Assembly: GCA_963662795.1 (NCBI GenBank)
Contig: OY759746.1
Span: 896,001 to 960,000, forward strand
Reading direction: 5' to 3'
Length of the DNA: 64,000 bases
Source: Spirochaetia bacterium
Lineage (GTDB): Bacteria; Spirochaetota; Spirochaetia; CADAEX01
Shown: positions 56,233 through 64,000 of the stretch, piece after piece
How positions within the stretch are numbered: position 1 is the stretch's first letter
Layout of the letters: every line of letters begins with the position of its first letter
Notes under the pieces: generated by a model
Told to the model about the DNA's origin: nothing
The model's input: the letters and a program-made list of their open reading frames with translations, nothing else
The model's database searches: none
Position numbers and translations under genes: made by a program

Positions 56233-59200
56233 CTATTCAAGCTCGATTAATAGGTCGTCCTTTTCAACAGCATCGCCGACATCAAAAAGAATATCCTTTA
56301 CAGTACCCGTAAGAGGCGCTTTTATATTTGTCTCCATTTTCATAGCTTCCGTTACAATAAGAACATCCCCTTCTTCGACTTCATCCCCGGCTTTAACAAG
56401 AAGTTTGAACACCTTGCCCGGCATCGGCGCTCCGACATGGTGCTTGTTGAACTTGTCCGCCTTTTCCTTTTCAGCAACTGCCCCGCCGACCGATTTATCC
56501 TTTACAATAACCGGCCTTGAAAGCCCGTTAAGCTCAAAATAAAGGTGCCTTGCCCCGTCATGGTGGGAACTGCCGACCGCGCTCAGCTTGATTATCAGAG
56601 TTTTACCCATATCGATATCAACACTCACCTCTTCTCCGGCATCAAGGCCATAGAAAAATGCCGGTGTCGGTATAACCGATGTATCTCCGTATTCGCTTCT
56701 GTGTCTGTCATACTCTATGAAAACGTGAGGGTAAAGGACATGTGACATAAGGTCTTTGTCACTTATCGGATGGCCTGTAATTGCTTCAAGCGAAGCTCTT
56801 TCAGCTTCAAAATCAACAGGGTCAAGCATTTCACCGGGTCTGCATGTTATCGGTTCTTCCCCCTTGAGTATCGCCTTCTGCAGTTCTTTCGGAAAACCCT
56901 GATAGGGCTGGCCGATCATCCCTTTAAAGAAATCCACTACCGACTGTGGAAAGGTAAGCTCAGGAGCTTTCGGAATAACATCATAGGTTGTGAGGTTGTT
57001 TTTAACCAGAAACATTGCCATATCAGCGACAACCTTGGAGGAAGGAGTGACCTTGATTATATCACCGAAAAGATCGTTAACATCGCGGTACATCCTCTTG
57101 CAGTCTTCCCATCTGTCAATCAGGCCGAGCCCTTCAACCATCGGCTTGTAGTTTGAGTATTGTCCGCCCGGAATTTCATGATAGTAGACCTCCGCTGTTC
57201 CGCTCTTAAGTCCTGATTCAAACGGGAAATAATAGGTGCGTACCGTTTCCCAGTAATTTGAAAGCGAGTTTATTCTTCCCATGTCAAGATGAGGGTCCCG
57301 CACGGTCCCCTCAAGGGCCGCCGCAAGGGCATTCATATTCGGCTGTGATGTAAGGCCCGACATTGAAGCGATTGCCGTATCGACAATATCCACCCCTGCC
57401 TCCGCAGCCTTGAGAAGGGAAGCCCCTCCGTTGCTTGATGTATCATGAGTGTGAAGATGTACGGGAATGCCGATCTCTTCTTTAAGCGCTTTGACAAGTT
57501 TCTCCGCAGCCATGGGCTTAAGAAGTCCTGCCATATCCTTGATTCCAAGAATATGGGCACCCATCTTCTCAAGTTCTTTAGCCAGGTTTACATAGTATGA
57601 GAGAGGGTATTTATCTCTTTTGGGATCAGTTATATCTCCGGTATAGCATATCGCGGCCTCGCAGATTCTGTCCTGTTTTCTTACAGCTTCCATCGCAACA
57701 GACATACCCTCAAGCCAGTTAAGAGAATCAAAAACCCTGAAGATATCGATACCTGAATCTGATGCTTCCTTTACAAACCTCTCAACAACATTATCAGGAT
57801 AATTTGTATAACCGACAGCGTTTGAAGCGCGCAGCAGCATCTGGAACATTATATTGGGTATTTTTTCCCTTAAATCGTGAAGTCTCTGCCAGGGGCACTC
57901 TTTAAGGAACCTTAATGCAACATCAAAGGTTGCCCCGCCCCACATTTCAAGTGAAAAAAGATCGGAGGCCAGACAGGAAACAGGCTCAGCTATTTTAAGA
58001 AGGTCATAGCTCCTTACCCTTGTAGCGATGAGAGACTGGTGGGCGTCCCTCATTGTTGTATCTGTAACAAGAAGTTTTTTCTGTCCGATAATCCACTCTA
58101 TAAATTTCTCTGTCCCGAGTTCTTTATAAAGATCGCGGCTGCCCTGCGGTCTTTCGGGATTTCCGTGCAGGTCAGGGACAAGAGGCTCTGTAAAGACTGG
58201 TTTTTTACTCTGCTTTTTGATAAACTCCTGTCCGTTGATGGTTGTATTGCCGATATAATTGATTATCTTTGACGCCCTGTCTTTTTTAATCTTCCCTTTA
58301 AGAAGATCAGGGTTAGAATCGATAAAGGAAGTGTCGCAGTTGCCGGCGATAAAAACCGGGTGTGTAACTACATTTTCAAGAAACGGAATGTTGGTTTTTA
58401 CCCCCCTTATCCTGAATTCCACGAGAGATCTTTTCATTACCCTTGCCGCATTTTCAAAAGTAAGACCCCAGCCGCTGAGCTTTACAAGAAGAGAATCGTA
58501 GGAAGATGTGATCCTCGCTCCGGAAAATGCGTTGCCGGCATCAAGCCTGACCCCGAACCCCGCAGGAGACCTGTAGGCTTTCAGTGTTCCGAAATCAGGA
58601 GCAAAATTGTTTTCCGGATCCTCTGTCGTGATTCTGCACTGTATCGCATAACCGCTTTTATGTATTGCCCCCTGATCAGGGATATTTATCTCGGGATCCT
58701 TAAGGCTGTGCCCTTCGGCGACCCGTATCTGCATCTGTACAAGGTCGCGCCCTGTTATCAGTTCGGTGACGGTATGCTCGACCTGAAGGCGGGGATTCAT
58801 TTCGATAAAATAGTAATTCCCGTCTTTGTCTATCAGGAATTCGACAGTCCCGGCGTTACGGTAGTCAACCTGCTTTGCGATTTTTATCGCATCCATGCAC
58901 AGTTTTTCCCTCATGACATCTGTAATTGCAAGGGACGGGGCAAACTCGACAACCTTCTGGTGACGCCGCTGAATTGAACAGTCCCTGTCATAAAAATGGA
59001 CAATATTGCCGTAATTGTCGCCCATTATCTGTATTTCTATATGTTTGGGTTTATCAAGGTATTTTTCAAGAAATACTGTGTCATCCCCGAAAGCCGCCTT
59101 AGCCTCGCTCCTTGCGCTTGAAAGCCCCTCGACAAGCTCAGTATGATTATTTGCAACCCGCATACCGCGGCCCCCGCCTCCGGCTGCGGCTTTTATGATT

Positions 59201-59679
59201 ATGGGATATCCATATGCTTTTGCGAATTTAAACGCGTCTTCGTCAAGTTCAACAGGTTTTTCAGTACCGGGAACTACCGGAACCCCGGCCTTTATTGCCG
59301 CGTGCCGCGCAGAAACCTTGTCTCCGAGAATTCTCTGCTGGTGTGCGGTGGGGCCGATAAAAGCAATCCCCTCTTTTTCGCAGCGCTCTGAAAATGCAGG
59401 GTTTTCAGATAAAAAACCGTAACCGGGATGAATCGCGTCAACCTCTTTCTTCTTTGCAAGCTCTATTATTTCATCGATTCCAAGATAGGCATCGATCGCC
59501 CCTTTGCCCTTACCAATAAGATAAGCCTCATCAGCCTTGGTTCTGTACAGGGAAAGCCTGTCTTCATTGGAATAAACGGCAACTGTCTTGATTCCGAGTT
59601 CCATACATGCACGGAATGTTCTGATTGCAATCTCTCCCCTGTTTGCCGACATTACTTTCCTGAAATTTTTAACCTGCAT
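56233..59679 (-). CDS. pyc: Pyruvate carboxylase
   Basis: BC domain (ANRGEIA, HPGYGFLSEN, RDCSIQRRHQK), CT domain (DTTMRDAHQS, WGGATFD, IKDMAG) and BCCP EAMKME. SD AAGGAG before the ATG at 59679. Confidence 0.97.
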   Translation of the reverse strand: MQVKNFRKVMSANRGEIAIRTFRACMELGIKTVAVYSNEDRLSLYRTKADEAYLIGKGKGAIDAYLGIDEIIELAKKKEVDAIHPGYGFLSENPAFSERCEKEGIAFIGPTAHQQRILGDKVSARHAAIKAGVPVVPGTEKPVELDEDAFKFAKAYGYPIIIKAAAGGGGRGMRVANNHTELVEGLSSARSEAKAAFGDDTVFLEKYLDKPKHIEIQIMGDNYGNIVHFYDRDCSIQRRHQKVVEFAPSLAITDVMREKLCMDAIKIAKQVDYRNAGTVEFLIDKDGNYYFIEMNPRLQVEHTVTELITGRDLVQMQIRVAEGHSLKDPEINIPDQGAIHKSGYAIQCRITTEDPENNFAPDFGTLKAYRSPAGFGVRLDAGNAFSGARITSSYDSLLVKLSGWGLTFENAARVMKRSLVEFRIRGVKTNIPFLENVVTHPVFIAGNCDTSFIDSNPDLLKGKIKKDRASKIINYIGNTTINGQEFIKKQSKKPVFTEPLVPDLHGNPERPQGSRDLYKELGTEKFIEWIIGQKKLLVTDTTMRDAHQSLIATRVRSYDLLKIAEPVSCLASDLFSLEMWGGATFDVALRFLKECPWQRLHDLREKIPNIMFQMLLRASNAVGYTNYPDNVVERFVKEASDSGIDIFRVFDSLNWLEGMSVAMEAVRKQDRICEAAICYTGDITDPKRDKYPLSYYVNLAKELEKMGAHILGIKDMAGLLKPMAAEKLVKALKEEIGIPVHLHTHDTSSNGGASLLKAAEAGVDIVDTAIASMSGLTSQPNMNALAAALEGTVRDPHLDMGRINSLSNYWETVRTYYFPFESGLKSGTAEVYYHEIPGGQYSNYKPMVEGLGLIDRWEDCKRMYRDVNDLFGDIIKVTPSSKVVADMAMFLVKNNLTTYDVIPKAPELTFPQSVVDFFKGMIGQPYQGFPKELQKAILKGEEPITCRPGEMLDPVDFEAERASLEAITGHPISDKDLMSHVLYPHVFIEYDRHRSEYGDTSVIPTPAFFYGLDAGEEVSVDIDMGKTLIIKLSAVGSSHHDGARHLYFELNGLSRPVIVKDKSVGGAVAEKEKADKFNKHHVGAPMPGKVFKLLVKAGDEVEEGDVLIVTEAMKMETNIKAPLTGTVKDILFDVGDAVEKDDLLIELE

Positions 59680-59870
59680 TTGAGCATCTCCTTGATGAAT
59701 CATTGACCTGCGGACGGTTTATATAGTCAAAATAGTGCAGAATCAATAAAAAAGTTCGGCTATTTTATATTTTTAGGGGTTATTTGACAAGATTTTCATA
59801 AGGAAAAGTTATAAGTATACAATAATACATAATATTTATGCAAAATAGTTCAATAAATATTTGCGGCAGG

Positions 59871-61832
59871 TTAATTCAGATACTCTTTCATCTCCATTTC
59901 AATACTTTCCCACTCGTTCATAAGATCTAACTGCTTTTTTTTGCTCTCATCAAGGAGTATTTTAAGCTCTTTGATCTTCAGTCCGTCAGAATAGTATTCG
60001 GGAAGCCCCATTTTATTTTCAAAATCCGAGGCTTCCTTTTCAAGTTTATCAATGAGGGCCATTACTTCATCAGCCCTTTTTTCAAGCTTCCTTTTTTCCC
60101 GTTTTACTGTTTTGTCCTTTTCCCTGTTACTGATTGCCCTGCCCTGCGCTGCTTCCGGACAGATTTCTTTTTCCTGCCGGCCCGAACCCCCGGAGCCGGA
60201 CATAAGGTTTTCTGTTTTTTCCTTTGACCAGATGTAATATTCATAGTCTCCCGGATAATCTTTTGCGGATCCCTCATCAAGTTCAATTACCCTTGTCGCA
60301 AGATTTTCAATAAAATACCTGTCATGCGAAACAAATATCAGGGTTCCGGTGTAGCTTTTAAGCGCATCAAGTAAAATATCCTTTGAATTTAAGTCAAGAT
60401 GGTTGGTCGGTTCATCAAGGACAAGAAGGTTCACAGGATGGAGAAGCAGTTTAAGAAGCGCTATCCTGTTTTTCTCCCCTCCCGAGAGGTATGATATTTT
60501 TTTAAAAATATCATCACCCCTGAATAAAAAAGCGCCCAGAAGATTGCGCAGAAGAGGAATAAGTTCTGTCGGTGAGATTGATTCAATTTCTTCAATAATT
60601 GTATTTTCCCCGGTTAGAGTCGCTTCGAAATCCTGGGAAAAATATCCGCACTTCACATCCTTGCCAAGCCGATAAGTACCTGAAAAAAGGCTGTCAGAAC
60701 CGGAGAGGATTCTTAAAAGAGTTGATTTACCTGCGCCGTTTTTTCCGGCAAGGGCAATCTTCTCTCCCCTCGTTATTGAAAGATTTATATCCTTAAGGGC
60801 ATGATAGCTGCCATAATATTTATCAAGTGACTCAATCGATATAACATCCTTTCCTGAATGGGGAGGAGAAGGAAAATGGAAATGAATTTTTTTAAGGCTT
60901 TCAGGTATCTCTATCCTTTCAATATTCTCAAGCTGCTTTATCCTGCTCTGAACAAGGCTTGCCTTTGAAGCGTTGCTCCTGAATTTTCTGATGAAATACT
61001 CTATCCTTTCAATCTCTTCCTGCTGCCTGTCATATCTTGAAACAAGCGATTCAAGTTCCTGCCGCCTGGTTTTCTCATAACTGCTGTAGTTGCCCTTGTA
61101 CCGGTTTAGTTTGCCTGCGAAAAGCTCAATAACCTCGCTGCACGTTACATCAAGAAAAAACCTGTCATGTGAAACTATTATTACGCCGCCGGCGAACCTG
61201 GAAATAAACTCCTCAAGCCACTGCCGCGCCTCAATATCAAGATAATTGGTTGGTTCATCAAGAAGCATGATGTCAGGCTTCTCAAGCAGGGTCCGCGCAA
61301 GCGCTATTCTCATCTGCCAGCCGCCTGAAAACTCTTCCGTCATTTTATCAAAATCGCCTCTTGAAAAACCGAGACCTGTCAGGATCCTGTCTATCTCCTT
61401 TTCCCTTTCATAGTAACCGCTTGAAAGAATTGATTCGTGTATATTGTGATGCTCTTCAAGGAGCCGCGAGAGGGCAGTCTCCTTACTGCTTGCGCCGGTG
61501 GTCCCTGTAAGTTCCTTTTCAATAACATGCATCCGCTCTATCATCTCTTCAAAACAGGAAAACGCCTTTTCCGCCTCGGAGATTAGAGGAACCCCGCTGA
61601 ACACAATTCCTGACTGGGGGAGATATGAAACACGCGACCCCTTTTGTCTGGAAACTGTGCCGGAATCCGCTTTCGAAAGCCCGGCCGCAATCTTTAAGAG
61701 TGTTGACTTGCCGCTGCCGTTTGCGCCGGCAAGCGCTATGCGGGAGTCTTCTGATATGTTTATGTTTACTTTATCAAGAACATCCCTGTTTCCGAATGCA
61801 ACAGAGACACCTGAGAGATTGACAAATGCCAT
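59871..61832 (-). CDS. ABC-F family ATP-binding protein (YheS/YdiF/Uup-like)
   Basis: Two ABC domains (GANGSGKST, FSGGWQMR, LDEPTN; GKNGAGKST, LSGGEK), no TM segments, and a coiled-coil C-terminus. Confidence 0.93.
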   Translation of the reverse strand: MAFVNLSGVSVAFGNRDVLDKVNINISEDSRIALAGANGSGKSTLLKIAAGLSKADSGTVSRQKGSRVSYLPQSGIVFSGVPLISEAEKAFSCFEEMIERMHVIEKELTGTTGASSKETALSRLLEEHHNIHESILSSGYYEREKEIDRILTGLGFSRGDFDKMTEEFSGGWQMRIALARTLLEKPDIMLLDEPTNYLDIEARQWLEEFISRFAGGVIIVSHDRFFLDVTCSEVIELFAGKLNRYKGNYSSYEKTRRQELESLVSRYDRQQEEIERIEYFIRKFRSNASKASLVQSRIKQLENIERIEIPESLKKIHFHFPSPPHSGKDVISIESLDKYYGSYHALKDINLSITRGEKIALAGKNGAGKSTLLRILSGSDSLFSGTYRLGKDVKCGYFSQDFEATLTGENTIIEEIESISPTELIPLLRNLLGAFLFRGDDIFKKISYLSGGEKNRIALLKLLLHPVNLLVLDEPTNHLDLNSKDILLDALKSYTGTLIFVSHDRYFIENLATRVIELDEGSAKDYPGDYEYYIWSKEKTENLMSGSGGSGRQEKEICPEAAQGRAISNREKDKTVKREKRKLEKRADEVMALIDKLEKEASDFENKMGLPEYYSDGLKIKELKILLDESKKKQLDLMNEWESIEMEMKEYLN

Positions 61833-61838
61833 TAAATT

Positions 61839-63113
61839 TTATCCTTCTTCAAGAAGGGAGGTTTGTCTGAAATAATACATAAACCGCTCTTCAGGCAGGT
61901 TTACGACAACCCCGTTTTCAATTGAGTCTTCCGGAACAAAGGTAAACTGGACTCCATCTTCCCTGAAAATATAGGCGAAGACTATCTCCCGGCCGCTTCT
62001 GTCAAAGACAAAAGAAAGAGTGCCGTCAAAATCGCCGGAAAGCTCTCCTGAAATAAAATATTTATTTTTAAGGGAACCGGAATTGCCAAACCCGAACGGA
62101 ATAATTTCAGGAACAAGATTGATATAGCCTGTCCAGATAAAACGGTCATCATCCCTTAAGGTAATTGAGCCGTAAAGTCCGCTGACGAGGTACTTTCCCC
62201 TGCGGTAAAAGGATTCAAGCTCTTTATTCCGCCTCGCAAGTTCAAGTTCAATATAATGATCAACCGGATTTTCCAGTAATGTATAAAATCCGGAATAATC
62301 GATCCCGCGGTTAACGTATTTTATATAGATTTTGTCTGCCGAATAAAAGATTATCTCGACAGGAGTGCCGGAGAGGACAAAACTGTTATTCCCTGATGAA
62401 ATAATATTCTCAAAATCGAACTCAATCCTCTCCTCCGGAGTCTGAATAATAATTTTTTTCCCTTCTTTATCAGGGAAAATTCCTTCTCCTGTCCTCAAAT
62501 TTTCTATAACAACCTGCCCGCTCTTCAGGGTATCAAGATATACGGTCGGATACCAGATATTGCCTAAAAAACTTTCAATATAATCTTTTTCATTTTCCGA
62601 TGTCAGCTTTGTGCTGTCTTTTTCATATACAGTAAGAAATTTATCAAAACAGTAGCCTTCAAAACCATCTTCAGTCAAAACCTGATACCAGAAACCTGAC
62701 AACTTATTAACAGTTACAGGTCCGGGAAGCCGGTCGACAATCTTTACGATCTGGCTGGGCCTGAGTTTATATTCCCTGTCTGATGAACCTGAGGGAGATG
62801 TCCTTATGATAAGGCTTTTCTCGGAATACCCGTATTGATTTATATACGGAGAATATTTTTCCATGAAAACTTCCGCTTCTTTTCTTTTTTTAAAAAATTT
62901 CCCTGTGCCTCTGGGCACCTCTTCCCGTTTTTTATCCTCTTTTTTTTCTATTACATAAACATCTCTTATATCTGACTGCGAAATGACATCCGCAATCTCT
63001 CCGGATTTGACACCGGCCTCTTCAGGCGGCCATATTGCACCATAATAGCCTATTCTCCCGCCGGAGCAGGAAGCAGTAATTAATGATATAAAGAAAAATA
63101 TTAACAGTCTCAA
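61839..63113 (-). CDS. Lipoprotein with bacterial SH3-like domain (spirochaete-type)
   Basis: Lipobox TASC; L.IR..P...S..YKLR..Q.VKI..R...G.WY.VLTEDG.EGYCF. Confidence 0.7.
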   Translation of the reverse strand: MRLLIFFFISLITASCSGGRIGYYGAIWPPEEAGVKSGEIADVISQSDIRDVYVIEKKEDKKREEVPRGTGKFFKKRKEAEVFMEKYSPYINQYGYSEKSLIIRTSPSGSSDREYKLRPSQIVKIVDRLPGPVTVNKLSGFWYQVLTEDGFEGYCFDKFLTVYEKDSTKLTSENEKDYIESFLGNIWYPTVYLDTLKSGQVVIENLRTGEGIFPDKEGKKIIIQTPEERIEFDFENIISSGNNSFVLSGTPVEIIFYSADKIYIKYVNRGIDYSGFYTLLENPVDHYIELELARRNKELESFYRRGKYLVSGLYGSITLRDDDRFIWTGYINLVPEIIPFGFGNSGSLKNKYFISGELSGDFDGTLSFVFDRSGREIVFAYIFREDGVQFTFVPEDSIENGVVVNLPEERFMYYFRQTSLLEEG

Positions 63114-63271
63114 AAAATCCTCCGGTACTTTTCTGCAGATATTTATTTTATCAAAATTGCAGAGGAATCAGTATTTCAGATAAATCTACTATACCATAAA
63201 ATGAACTTGGTAAGTCAATCTTTACAGGCAAAAGATTTTAACGATATGCAGGATGAAGCTGGATGAAAGCA

Positions 63272-64000
63272 TTAAGGCGCAGATGCCGGACGGTCATGGA
63301 TAATGACAAATCTTCCTTCAGTAATCAATCTTTCATTTCTGCCGCGGTAAAGAAGTTTGTCAGCATCAGATACAGGAATAACAATATCTGTCCTGTTGCG
63401 TCCGAAAAGAGAAGATGCCATTGTATAAAGGGGTTTATCCCCGACCCTTTCCTTTATTCCGGGATCGGAAGGATCGCTGAAATAGGCGGCGCATCCCCAT
63501 TTTTCAAGATATTCAGGACTCACCATCTCCATTGAGATTATCTTTCTCATTCTCTCATCATAGACTGAAGGAAACAGCGCCGGGGGAAGAGTCCCCTTAC
63601 GGTTCTCGCCATGGAGAGGATATTCGCCTTTGGCATAAATGACAACTCCGCTGTATTTCGCTGACGGGATCCAGATGAATGTTTTTTCAGGTTTTACAGG
63701 AATTTTATGTTTTATAAAATAACTTCCGATATCACTGTAAATATCAAGCTTGTACTGCATTCTTACCCCGGCCATATCCTGGTTATAGACACTGAATACT
63801 TTTATAATGTTGTTGTTGATATCGTTTATACTGGAAAGCATATCCGGGGTTTTGCGGATCATTTCATCTATGGTAAATGAGGCATTATAGTATAAAGGGC
63901 CGTATTTATCCTTTTTAATTGAATCCATGAATATGTTGAAAAAGTTCTTCTTGAAAAATTCTTCACTATTGTCCCGCATCCTGAGACTTTCGCTGCCCGG
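63272..64000 (-). CDS. Conserved hypothetical protein (5' end probably outside window)
   Basis: The frame stays open to the window edge. YSGVVIYAKG..P.HGE..PALFP.VYDE...RVG..PL resembles the C-terminal domains of LPP20-like proteins. Confidence 0.6.
   Translation of the reverse strand, partial: PGSESLRMRDNSEEFFKKNFFNIFMDSIKKDKYGPLYYNASFTIDEMIRKTPDMLSSINDINNNIIKVFSVYNQDMAGVRMQYKLDIYSDIGSYFIKHKIPVKPEKTFIWIPSAKYSGVVIYAKGEYPLHGENRKGTLPPALFPSVYDERMRKIISMEMVSPEYLEKWGCAAYFSDPSDPGIKERVGDKPLYTMASSLFGRNRTDIVIPVSDADKLLYRGRNERLITEGRFVIIHDRPASAP

Noticed and set aside
701-63535. Numerous 60-200 aa ORFs antisense to or nested in long genes (e.g. 1076..1684, 10903..11391, 34592..35170, 58360..58977)
   Set aside because: They are shadow ORFs of well-supported genes and have no recognisable motifs.
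1-64000. CRISPR array, tRNA/rRNA genes, prophage, integrase or anti-phage defence genes
   Set aside because: I saw no regularly spaced repeats, RNA-gene signatures or such protein motifs by eye. A covariance-model scan would be needed to exclude small RNAs and riboswitches.

Overview
This is bacterial chromosomal DNA, most likely from an anaerobic, free-living spirochaete. That assignment is an inference from the repeated 'FAGG-K-E' N-termini of the solute-binding proteins, a spirochaete-like SH3 lipoprotein, and the IOR, ACD and FprA genes. The left ~22.8 kb is accessory and visibly more AT-rich from about 8.5 to 22.3 kb. It holds two paralogous modules, each an opine/octopine-type dehydrogenase divergent from an FGGY kinase. 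Module A is paired with a family-5 peptide ABC importer, and its kinase is a pseudogene cut by an IS3 element. Module B is paired with a TAXI-TRAP importer, an atypical IlvD/Edd dehydratase and an IclR regulator. A MalY/PatB PLP enzyme, an EamA transporter and a HOGA-like aldolase lie nearby. The same tandem palindromic operator sits in all three divergent promoter regions, which suggests one regulon for an uncharacterised opine-like (amino acid-sugar-acid conjugate) pathway. The region also contains a decayed third dehydrogenase, IS3, IS21, IS1380 and IS4 relics, and a 430-bp duplicate of the 3' end of a PP2C phosphatase gene. The rest of the window has an Afu/Fbp-like ABC system, potABCD-proC and several other transporters. 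It also carries a second uncharacterised catabolic operon (cyclic amidohydrolase, divergent DHODH-like flavoenzyme, TctCBA, class II aldolase/decarboxylase, FCD regulator, perfect 18-bp-arm operator), mntH-usp, an amino-acid fermentation cluster (iorA-fprA-fd-iorB-acdA-acdB-lrp-NSS), pyc and an ABC-F. I saw no rRNA, tRNA, CRISPR array or phage genes. All calls come from motif recognition by eye; no database searches were run.
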